Source: Azolla caroliniana
Taxonomy: Eukaryota; Plantae; Polypodiophyta
Assembly (NCBI GenBank): GCA_043228905.1
Contig: JBHGNT010000062.1
Span: 62,001-126,000, forward strand
Direction: 5' to 3'
Length of the DNA: 64,000 nucleotides
A model generated the notes under the pieces. The model worked only from the letters and a program-made list of their open reading frames with translations, did no database searches and had not been told where the DNA came from. The translations under genes and the position numbers were made by a program. This document shows positions 36,277 to 47,400 of the stretch, in pieces. The stretch's first letter is position 1; every line of letters begins with the position of its first letter.

Positions 36277-39200
36277 CTACAGGCTGAAGCTCACAGAGTG
36301 GAAGTGCAGGAGGGCCCCCCTGCTGCCTTCCGAAGATTTGGATGTGTCCGGGGCAGCATAGAAGGGGCGGAAAGGCGAGCATCTCTTGCATTCCCTGGCA
36401 ATGTCCTCTTGCATGCTCTCCGATCCCGACACCAGAACTCCCACACATTCCCCACGGTGTTGCTCCACCAAGCCCTCGAAGACATCTGCCAATATTTTGG
36501 ACCATCAAATTTAGAAGAACTACACATTCATTGCTTGACATGCTTCATTCTCAGGGGCAATTCATTCATGCATCAATTCAGTGCCATATATAATCCCAAG
36601 TCCACTACAGTATAGCATACATAGCACATTCCTGAGTAGATGGTTTCAAATAGCTATTGCATGATATTTGAATTAACTAGTGCTTTATTCAGCCAGAGGA
36701 TGAGATCATTGAGCTAGAAAATTCTGCACAAATAGTACTATATATTCGTATATAGTGACTGCAGCTTGAATAGAAGGGATTAAAATTTCAGAATTGGGGT
36801 AATCTACCTGTACTCATATATTCACAAACTTGTATATGTAGTAGTACTACTCTTACCAGGTTAAAGAAGATACCACATATATTCACAAATGCTTATGTTA
36901 TGAAAACATACTTAACTTTCTTGGCGTAACGAATGCTTATGTTTTTTCTTTAACGTTTTTAACCTTTAAAACTTTTTTGCCCTAATAAAAAGTTTAGGGT
37001 TTAGGGTTTAGGGTTAGATGTGGACCCTATGATGCCAACCTACCTTTCCAGTTTGGCCGTGACAAAATGTGCACATCCCCATCCCACTGAGATGCGCCAT
37101 CTTCGATTCCGTTGTAAGTTGCTCCCAAATCTTCGTTACTTCCGGATGGAGAAGAAGTCGGACTCTGTGTCCTCGGCTGCACCGATGCCGAGCTTATACT
37201 CGATTGTCGTCGCAACATATGGAACCATAGCAGAACCACGAGGCCGCCACAAATGAGAATCCCCAAGATCATGCACGCCACCACGACATGCGCGCGATTG
37301 TAATTGGTGAAGGTGTGATGGGCATAGGACCTCACAATAAAAGTGTTTGCCAAGCCTGAAAGCACAAAGTATCCTGCAAAGGATGCAATGGTGGTTAATG
37401 CTACCCATGAGGTGCTCCCTGTGCTGCCAATGCTCGAGATTCTTCCATCGGATTGTGGGTGTTGTGCCGCCGGATAAGAGGAATCAAATATCAATGGTTG
37501 TGATGTAGGGTGTTCACGGTTAAACTTGGATAGGTCCAAGGATTGGCCTATTCTATATGAATTATGGGCCGTGTTGCCACCGGATAATGGCACTCCCTCA
37601 TAATCTTGTATGTTCTTCGAGGTTATGTATACATGTACTCGGATGCGCAGTCCTAATGTCTCATAGCCAGGGAGAATTTGGTTAGGATATAGGGTGTTTA
37701 GCACACATAACTCCTCTGGCTTTCTTATGCAGTGGTAGAGTGTGATGGAGGTCGGAAGAGTAGTCGATGCCGGTGAGGATCTAACGTCTTTGTATCGATA
37801 CAAGATATCACGGATTATAGCGAGGGCAGGGGTGAGGCCTATGCCCCCGGCCACGATGACTAGGGCTTTATACCTGCGAAATATTAATCATGTACATTAC
37901 ATTAATTAATGGAAGCAACTCGTTAATGTGAAGGCTAATTATATCAATGAGGAACGACAGACATGAGCTTTGGGAACTGAATCGAGACCAGGAATTACGA
38001 CAAATAATTAGAGAGATCCCCATACTTTAGGTAGAAATCGGACTCATCGCCGTAAGGACCTTCGACTCTAGCCTTAAACGAGAAAGGGCAGGAACCCCCA
38101 GTTTTCTTGGCACTTGAGAATTGATCGCGCAAACTATTCGTCCATTCGCCGAGAGGCTTGATTACGATGGAGAGCTCCTGCGTGTTATCGAGAGGGGACG
38201 ATGCGCCACTGAAGAAGTGCCACTGTAGTTTGGAGATACCAGGAATCTGGATGCACCATGTGGAGAGTGCATTATAGAGTGGGGTCCCTGACATAAGTAA
38301 TGATCACATTATTGCCTGTTATTAGTAAAGGTTAGAAGAGCTCACTGACTGAATTTAGTCAGAGAGATTCTGGAATATTAATTAATATGTGAATCCGAAC
38401 AAGCACACATACATGAAAGAGAATCCATTTATGTTACCTTTGGTGGCATTGGTGTTAAGAGGCAGCAAGAGCTCGACTGCGCCATTCTGGAGGAGCTTGG
38501 CCGAGGATACGCAGACAACACTGGACGATTGGATCATGCGAAGGAAGCGATCGATGAAGAAGAGCATGAGAGGGACGATGAAGAAATGATAATTCCAGAC
38601 CGCGTGATACAGCCAAAAGAGGGAGAAGAGGAGATACAGGTGGTGGACCGAGAAGAATATGTCGTAGAAGCGGCGACGGACGAAGGACAGGGAAGTGGCC
38701 CACATGACTAGACCGAACACCCATGCCACCAGCCCGGCCACTACCGCACATTTTTCTTGCTTCGTGACCCACCCAAAGATCTAACAACAAGAAGCAAAAA
38801 ACTAATTATGTCCCTATCATGATATGATCAAACACACTCAAGTACAATGAATGCATCATGATGGAGAAACCACATGAGCCCTAGCATAGGTTGGCCGTTG
38901 GGACATCATCCGCGTTAAGCCTTGTAACATTACGGTAATATTGGGCGAGACAGTGAGCGCGGAATACTGCATGATTTGAACCTACCAAATCCGTACGGTT
39001 GGTGTTGGCATAGAGAATGATGTAGCCGAGGCTATGGAGGCTGACGAGAACAAGCATGGAGACGGCGAGCCAGATGTGGTAGCGCACGGCGCGCTCGAAT
39101 GGGATGCCTACCAGCCGAAGCAACGGCGAGCCGCGCGACACGGGGATCCAGAGCAACGAGAATGGCACGACGGCCACGCGTCCGAAGTAGAAGGATACAT

Positions 39201-40266
39201 TATTCAATTTCTGCCATGGCCTGCAATATCAATGGAAAACATGAGTGCTTATTATGTACACTCTTGTCACATCTGTTCGAGCTCACGAAGGCCTCCTCGT
39301 ATATGTGACTGGGAATTTAACAAACAATGTGAGCTTGGAGATGGTGTTCAAAGCATGAATGTGTGTCTGTCTGTCTGTCTGTCTGTCTGTTTGAGAGAGA
39401 GAGAGAGAGATATGGTTATGTCATGATCGTAGTAGGACGTACTTGGCGGGGGGCGGGCCGGAGCCGTGGTGGTGCTGGGTGTTGTTGTCGATGCGGGTGA
39501 AAGCAATGTTGACGATTCTGCTGAAGTGGTAGATCATCAACAAAGTTATGGCCAGAATTCCGACAAGCTCCGAGGCCGTGAGGATGCCGAAGGGGCTCTT
39601 GTCCACCCACACCGGGTACGTACTCATCTGCCATTGGTTTTTCCAGCCCTTTGCACCCGCGGGCACCACAACACGGAGCTGTCCAGTCTTTGCTTTGATG
39701 AATGCGCGGAGCCGGATCACAACGAAGCTCAGAATGGTGACGACGAAGAAAGGCATGGTTTGGTATATGAATGTCGAACCTAATGGATGGATGCCATAAA
39801 TATATCAGTTTTAAGTAGGAGGGAGCTGATCAGTTGACAAACCATATATATGCATACACATATGCATTATGCGATCACTAATTATATTATATTACTTGTA
39901 GGAGGTGTACTGTAGAGATTTGTCTGGCAGAGATTGATAATGAGGGGCTTAGTTACCTTCACGACCATCGGTCCGAAAGAAGCGAGAGTGGGATTTGTCG
40001 CCGATCCACGACTCCACGTATTTCTTGTCTCCTTCTGGATCGGGCGCGACAAACCACCATAATACCCAAAACACACACGCGGCCACGATTACCGCTTCCG
40101 TGACCGCTTTTGCCACCTTCGCCCGCCGAATTGCCCCCATCAATCTCTCATCATCCTCATCTCGGCCATGGACGACCGCCGCAGCCTCCTTACCTGCATC
40201 AATCCTCGCGTTAATGCCACAGGATATAAAACTCTGCAGCCACACGGCAAGGAGGCCAAAATCCAT
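36277..40266 (-). CDS. FRO: Ferric-chelate reductase / ferric reduction oxidase, copy 1; exons 40266-39957, 39779-39443, 39220-38986, 38780-38438, 38287-38026, 37873-37044, 36485-36277
   Basis: PVSRGSPLLRLVGIPFERAVRYHIWL, WATSLSFVRRRFYDIFFSVHHLY, VEGPYG, VAGGIGLTP, HFHSVSFSL stop; exon limits mirrored from copy 2. Confidence 0.93.
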
Positions 40267-40754
40267 CCATAGGAGGCACAAACAACAACAACAACAACAA
40301 CTGCTACTTCTCCAACATACTCATCGCGAATTAATCGAGAAGTTAACTGCCGAAAGATGCGCGAAACTCAGTTGATTCTATGTACGGCAATGTTGTTGAT
40401 CATTAGGGAGAAGAATGAGGAGGGTAATGATGCTCGAGCAGACAAGCCTTAAACCACACAGATCCTGTTAAGGACAAAAGTGGAGTGTGTTATATATATA
40501 CATATACTTGCATGATACGGTTGGGTTGACTCTGGAGAACAGCTACCCACTAGGTAGTAGTACAACACTGGTACTGCATGGGTTGTACTAATGTGTTAAG
40601 TCAACTGGTATTTGCAAAGGGCCTCTCATGTCCCCATAAAGACAATGCTAAGGACGAAAAATAGATTCAACAAAATATGTATATAAATTCGTTCGTGTGC
40701 TGGGCGCTGCCCGGGTCTACCCTTGCACACTTCCCGTCCCTTCGTGTAAATTAC

Positions 40755-41960
40755 ATAATCACAAGAATTGCACCATATTTGTTGGGTATGGAAAATCTCA
40801 TGGCTACAAGGGTTATCAATTTTACATTGACCTAAATGTCAAACGATATTTATTTAGTCAATCACCGATGTGCGATGAAGATAGCCTAATATCTCATACA
40901 TGAAAAGACACAAGCTACAACTACCATACCAAACCCCTCAAACATCAAATCCAACAAACAATATCATCAACTAGTACTTTTAAATAGGCTCCGCTAGCTT
41001 CCTAAAAAATCAAAGTCATAATTGACAACATGCTCATCGAACATCTTCAATGAATATTCACATCACTAGACGCTCAACCACATATTTCCCCTTTAAGTAA
41101 TGACTCATCTCTAATAAACAAATAATCATTACAAGGAGAGCCATATGCTCCAATTACAAATAATAGTAATCTTACCCAAACTAGAAAGATATCTAATCAT
41201 GATCTAAATATTCATTACGACAAGGGAAAGGAAGTTCTTAGGAGATCATCAATAAGCCTGGATTGCACTTGAAAAACATGTTGTATTGTACTTAGCCATG
41301 CTTTGGTAGATATGTATGCAAAATGTGGTGCAATAATGAATGTCTATGGCAACCTAAGAGCAGTTGAGAAAAAGTAAAAATCCATGATCAAGTTAAGAAT
41401 ATTTGGAAGTGTCCATCATTGTATCATTTAAATCACTTTAGACATAATATACACCATTGTTGGAATAAAAAACATTCATAATATACACCTAACTCACCTT
41501 GATTATTCATGTTTCCATTCTCGCAAAAGCTCCTTTATCCCATTAAGAAGATCGTCACGAGTCTATGGAATAGACCATGACATCAGTAACAAAGGATACC
41601 AAAATAATCAAATTACTAGGGTGTACAAATGCCTCTTATCCCGTCTAATGGAGAATGCATGGAACATACCAATAATTTTCACATTTTAGCACTAAGAAAT
41701 TAGATGATCTTTAGTTCACTTTCTTTGCAATTAGCTCCCGCTCACTTATATCAAACATTCTTGACGATTCAGTCATTATCAATGAGGCAAAACAATGTAG
41801 AAAGGAAAGCCATTACGGAAAAAGAACTTGAAACTCTCTCTTTGTCAACAAAAATGGATTCTAGTACCACTCCTTATAGGCCACTTGCCTATCTCATGCA
41901 AAGAAAAAATTATGTAACTCTAATGGTACAATAGTATGCCATCAAGCTCGGCTAATGGCT
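40755..41960 (+). mobile_element. Highly degenerate Copia remnant (integrase tail to RT start) containing a PPR fragment
   Basis: IFVGYGKSHGYKGYQF at the start and ARLMA at the end; inverted homologue at 51871-53135. Confidence 0.7.
41218..41400 (+). pseudogene. PLS-class PPR gene fragment
   Basis: DKGKEV..EII.KPGL..KHVV..L.HALVDMYAKCGA followed by GNLRAVEK..IHDQV, with frameshifts. Confidence 0.7.
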
Positions 41961-42128
41961 TTAGATTATTAAACACCCTTAATACTTAAATGTTCTTATG
42001 TCACTTTAAGATCTTAAGGGTTTTAGATTAATTAAACCAATTGGATAGATTAAAGAACTTATACTCAAACGAAAAGTTTTTATACTTCAAAACAATATGT
42101 CACTTACAAATACAAACAATTATACAAA

Positions 42129-42703
42129 TCACTCTATTAGGAGGTCTGGAACAAGTTGTTGTCGAAGATCAGCTGGTTGTTGTGTCATATCCGCTTGTTC
42201 TGTTTGCTGAGCTCAATCTTGTATTAGTTCAGACTATGGTACATCCACGAGGTCGACAAGGTCCCCTCCATCTTCATCTATAGGTTCCATCGGTTCTCTA
42301 GAGGTCAACTAAAACATCTCAATTTCATTGATATGCCCATATACCTTGGATCCTCATTTTAATAAAATTAACTTGTGAGGGGTCTTTCTCCAAGGTGACA
42401 TAGTTCCGGAACAATTTCAGAAAACATGCGGTCGTTGTTCCTGAATAAACAATCGTAAATGCGTAAGTAAGAAAACAAAGTCGAGAAAATCAATTTTATA
42501 TGAAGATAAATTGATCATACTTATAAGAATAGCTGTTCTAGAGAATAAGTTGAGCACCCAATCATCAGAGTTGGAGAGCAACTCGATCAATTGCTTTATC
42601 AAACATTGGGGCTTTTGGTACGGGTTAACTAGACACTTGTCACCAGAAACATGGCGTAACTTCTTCGTCATAGCTAGGCGCATGATATAATTTACGATGT
42701 TTC
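42129..42703 (-). pseudogene. C-terminal fragment of a beta-class N6-adenine/N4-cytosine DNA methyltransferase, split by a 92-nt intron (42532-42441)
   Basis: Spliced translation VNPYQKPQCLIKQLIELLSNSDDWVLNLFSRT-G-TTTACFLKLFRNYVTLEKDPSQVNFIKMRIQ parallels the family pattern HPTQKP..L...I...S..GD.VLDPFxGxGTT..A.KLGR..IG.E.D; acidic tail follows. Confidence 0.75.
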
Positions 42704-42704
42704 G

Positions 42705-43357
42705 TATTGAACACCAACGGGCATGAGCGACCATGTGCAGTCCTCGCCTAGGACTGGATCACGAATACCAACGGGCATGAGTGACCATGTGTGGTCCTCA
42801 CCGGGAATTGGAACATGAATAGCAGCAGGCATGAGCGACCATATCAATCCTCGCCTCGATCTCGAACACAAACAATAGTTGGAGTGAGCGACAATGTACG
42901 ATCCTCATCGGAGATTGGAACACAAATACCAATGGGTGTAAGTGAGCATATGCGGTCCTCACAAGGAACACGAAAACCAATGGGAATGAGAGACCATGTC
43001 GGTCCTCACGGAGAGATGGAACACGAACACCAACGGGTGTGAGCGACCACGCGCCCCTCACCGAGAACTAGAACACAAACGGATGTGAGAGACCATGTGG
43101 CCCTCACCGAGAACTAAACACGAACAGGCGTAAGCAACCATGCGGCCCTCACCAAGAGTTGGATCACGAACGGATGTGAGCGACCATGTGTGGCCCTCAT
43201 CGGGAACTGGAACGTGAGCGACCATGTGCGGTCCTCATCGAAAACATGAACGAGCGTGAGCGACCATGCGGCCCTCATTGAGAACTGGAACATGAATGGA
43301 CGTGGGCGACCATGCGGCCCTCACTGAGAACTGAACACGAACGAACGTGAGCGACCA
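42705..43357. repeat. Minisatellite, about 14 degenerate units of roughly 38-54 bp
   Basis: Recurring gagcgaccatgtgcggtcctcaccgagaactggaacacgaac; period shortens from about 54 to about 44 bp left to right. Confidence 0.9.
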
Positions 43358-43364
43358 CTAAACC

Positions 43365-43950
43365 CCTCCAACTGGTGCACACAGATATATGTGGTCCTTT
43401 GTCTACCCCATCCCTATCTGGAAATGTATATTTCCTAACATTTATCGATGACTTTACTCGTTTCACGATGGTCACATTTCTCAAGACAAAATGTAGTGAT
43501 CAAGTCCTTGAGAAATTCAAAGCCTATCATAAACTTGCAACAAATCAACAAGATTTACCCCTTAAAGTACTCCAATCAGATAATGGTGGAGAATTCAAGT
43601 CCCAAAACTTCCAAACTTATTGCCAAAACCATGGGATTCAACAATGGTTTACCATCCCATATACACCCCAACACAATTCAAGGGCTGAACGACGAAACCA
43701 GTTGTATATGGCTGCCACTCGTTGCATGCTCGCCGTTGCAAACCTTCCCCGAACATATTGGGAAGAGGTTGTTTCAACCGCTTGTTACATATTCAATAGA
43801 ACATATAGTCAATCCACTAGGACAACTCCATTTTCCTTATGGTTTGGAAAAAATCCTAATTATGAAAATCTAATAATCTTTGCATGTCCATCATATGCAC
43901 TCGTACCCTTAGAAACTTGATCAAAATTAGATAATCACGCCGCTAAAACC
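43365..43950 (+). pseudogene. Copia integrase core fragment
   Basis: LVHTDICGP, YFLTFIDDFTR, LQSDNGGEF, PYTPQHNSRAERRN. Confidence 0.9.
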
Positions 43951-43975
43951 ATCTAAAATTTTGCTTAGGGGGGAG

Positions 43976-44155
43976 TGAAGAAAATAATAAGCAAAATAAA
44001 GTAAAATAAATTATTATGTAGTTCTTATTTAGTTCCTATGAAATCGGTTTCCTTCATGAGAAGGAAACCGTATGTCTATTTGTGGTGGCCTTATAAAGCC
44101 ACCACCACCAACGTTTGTATGAATGGCATTATACTAATAATAAAGTTTCTTTCTG

Positions 44156-44204
<49 letters not shown>

Positions 44205-44246
44205 TTCTATCTCTCTTTCTCTTTCATTTCTACATGGTATCAGAGC
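43976..44246 (+). mobile_element. Copia LTR (43976-44234) with tRNA-iMet PBS (44235-44246), preceded by a PPT-like tract
   Basis: aggggggag|TGAAG...CTACA|tggtatcagagc; homologous to the LTR at 15822-16081. Confidence 0.88.
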
Positions 44247-44413
44247 CTATGCCTATGCCTTTCTAAATTACAAAATACATGCCCTTATCATAAGTTAAGT
44301 TTCATGCCCATACAAAAAAAAAAAAAACTATATATTCATAGTGTCCAAGATCGTCAAATAACGAACGACAATTTGTGTTTGCCGTGCGCTGATCCGGACA
44401 GCCCTCTGCAATA

Positions 44414-47400
44414 ATGGCACAATCTATGTCGTCGTCGCAACTCAACATGCGAAAGTTCACGATCGAGAAATTGTCGGACACAAATTACCGAATTTGGAAG
44501 GCAAGATTAGAATTACTTTTTAAATATAATAAAGTATGGGACATAATTTCAGGATCGTCGACAAAACCCGAAAAAGGCGAAGAGCTTGAAGAATTTGAAG
44601 AAAAAGACTTGTGTGCAAGAATGGAAATTCTAATGCACGTAAGTGATGGCACCGGAGAAACATTACGAAAAATGGAGACCGCTCAAGAAATGTGGAAGCA
44701 CTTACAAACTATCTACGAACCAAAGAATGACGCCCAACAAGCACATACACTCCAAGCTCTTGTTAATTACAAGATGATTGACGAACAACCGGTTGGTGAT
44801 TTTCTATTAATGTGGCAAAAGAAATTAGATGATGTGTTAACTTCTGGATTGGAAATCCATGATAAATTACAAAAGATTCTCCTTCTTGGTGCTCTTCCTC
44901 ACTCGTGGTCCACTTTCCGAACCACCCAAAACTCTATAAATTGCCCAACGCTAATTGATCTTCTTGCAAACATTAGACAGGACGAAACAATGCGTTCACA
45001 AAGGTCTTCAAATTCAACTCCAAGTATGGCAATGGTAGCATATAAGAACAAAAGGTTCACCCAAAGAGGAGAAAGCTCGAAGCCGTGGATAAAGAAAGAT
45101 CAAAACACTAAACAAGGAGAAATGCGGTTCAACAATACCTATTGTAAAATATGCAAACGTACAAATCATGCAACCAAAGATTGTCGCGCAAAGTCAAATT
45201 TCAAGAGTTATCAACCATGGAAGCGTGTACAAGCCCATCTTGTTGAAGAAGAGATGGATGATGAAAAAGCCATGGGAGGTGGACATCGAAATGGTGACAC
45301 GTATGACGATGTTCTACAAGCGTTCATTGCCGAATCACTTTCCGCCACGATTCCAAATCCAAGTAATGCAAATGACATGTGGTATCTAGACACTGGTGCT
45401 ACTAACCACTTAACTAATAGAAAAGATTGGTTAAGTAATTATAAGGAAGTTGAACCTCCTATCATTGTAAGATTTGGAAATAATGGGACTAAACAAGCTA
45501 TTGGCAAGGGTAATATTACTTTTGAAGTCACAGGAGGAAGACATTTCACAATCAATGAAGTTCTCTATGTCCCGGGCATCACCAAACATTTGCTATCGGT
45601 TAGCCAAGCAACGGCAAATGGTACAATAATTGAATTTCATCCTAACCATGCTATTATTAAACATAAAGCCTCAAATGGAGAACTTATTAGAACATGTTGT
45701 AAACGAGAAGGAGGCTTATATCCCATAAAATGTATTCCTACATCTCTTATTTTAGAAGCACATCATACTACCCCAATACAATCCTCCATATCTTTAACCA
45801 ATCTTCATTCTCCTTCTTCTCTTTGGCATTTTCGTCTAGGTCATATGCATTTCAATGCTCTAAAAACACTACAATGTAATAATCTAGTCCATGGTTTGCC
45901 AAAAGAACCTTTCAAGCCTATCTCTTTGTGTGAAAGTTGTATCTTTGGGAAAATGCCCCAACAACCCTTCCCAAAGCATAGATCTAGAGCCACTAACCCT
46001 CTTGCATTAGTACATAGTGATCTATGTGGTCCTTTTCCAACCCCTTCTCTTAGTGGAGCCAAATATTTCATTAGCTTTATCGATGACTTTAGTCGATTTA
46101 CAATCTTGCATTTTCTCAAGTACAAGAGTCAAGCTTATCAAGCATTCAAAGAATACAAGGCTCGAGTCGAAGTGCAAACATCATCAAAGATTAAAAGTCT
46201 TCAAACCGATGGTGGTGGTGAGTATGTGTCTCATGAGTTTCAAAGTTTATATCAAAATGAAGGCATACATCATAGAATATCAACACCACACACACCACAA
46301 CAAAATTGTGTATCCGAAAGGAAGAATAGATCACTTCTCAATATGGCTCGAAGTATGTTACAATTTGCTCACTTATCGCCTCAATTTTGGGAGGAAGCGG
46401 TTGGCACCGCTTGCTATATTCAAAATCGAGGATTTCATAGGTCTTTGGGGCTCCAAACCCCTTATGAATTATGGCATGGTCACAAACCTAACCTAAGTAA
46501 TCTTCGTATTTTTGGTTGTGATGCTTATGCTTTTGTGCCAAATGTTCAAAGAAATAAGCTAGATCCAAGGGCTACAAAATCAATCTTCATCGGATATGGA
46601 GAAGCTTCGGGATACAAGGCGTACAAGCTCTTCGATCCACAAAAACAAAGAATATTCTTTAGTCGTAGTGTGATATTCCAAGAAAATGGGCCTTCTACAA
46701 AGGTTTCTTCTTCACTATCTTTTAATCTACCTCCCTTATTACCTACCCCTAATTACTTACAACCATATTCCTCAACCATCTCTAATACTAATAGCTCTCA
46801 TATTGAAGGAGCCAACATTGGCTCATCCTCTACTTCCACAATTTGTGTTGCTCTTCCATCTATTCACAAGGCCAAGAACAATCCTACTCAACCAACTAAT
46901 TCTTCTTCTCATCCTCCCTCATTCCAAACTCTAGATGATTCTCTTCCTCATACTCCTTTAAATACACACTATTTAACCCCCACTAATAATACAAATAATG
47001 TTATCTTCTCCACTCCCTCTCCTAATCCTTCATTCCAAGTGTCATCACCAACTTCTCCACCAAACTCTCCACCTCCAAAGTATAGATCTCTAAGTAGTAT
47101 TTATGAACAACTTGATCAAATGGAAGCACATTTCGTCGACTTGGACCATGAAGCTTATATTCAAGAAGAAGATATTCCAACCCTTGGTGATGACACAAAT
47201 CTATCGGCCAAAGATGCACTTTCCGGACCGGATTCTATCAAATGGAGAAAGGCTATGGAAGAAGAAATGAAGGCTTTACTTAAAAATGGTACGTGGACCC
47301 TCGTTGAGCCTCCAAAGGATCGACAAATAATTGGTTCTAAATGGGTCTTACGCATAAAGCGAGATAGTAATGGCAATCCAATTCGCTTCAAGGCTCGTGT

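Larger units (their letters stand above)
32599..41960 (-). repeat. Left arm of the large inverted segmental duplication
   Basis: Mirror ORF sets (coordinate sums 95514-95523) from 32599 to about 40750; more diverged inner block 40755-41960 matches 53135-51871. Confidence 0.95.

Noticed and set aside
36010-36615. Poly-Leu/poly-Tyr ORFs and other ORFs antisense to FRO (mirrored at 58908-59504)
   Set aside because: Produced by the (TAC)n microsatellite and by shadow frames of FRO exon 7
36277-40266. NADPH oxidase (RBOH) rather than FRO
   Set aside because: No EF-hand N-terminus; FRO-type PVSRGS motif, extra C-terminal transmembrane pair and HFHSVSFSL ending
41961-42045. Helitron 3' end (hairpin plus CTAA on the minus strand)
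   Set aside because: The hairpin is long and AT-rich, the base after CTAA is A rather than T, and no Rep/helicase is seen; kept only as an unclassified terminus
42705-43357. Possible CRISPR array
   Set aside because: Units are degenerate along their whole length with no unique spacers, there are no cas genes, and the context is eukaryotic
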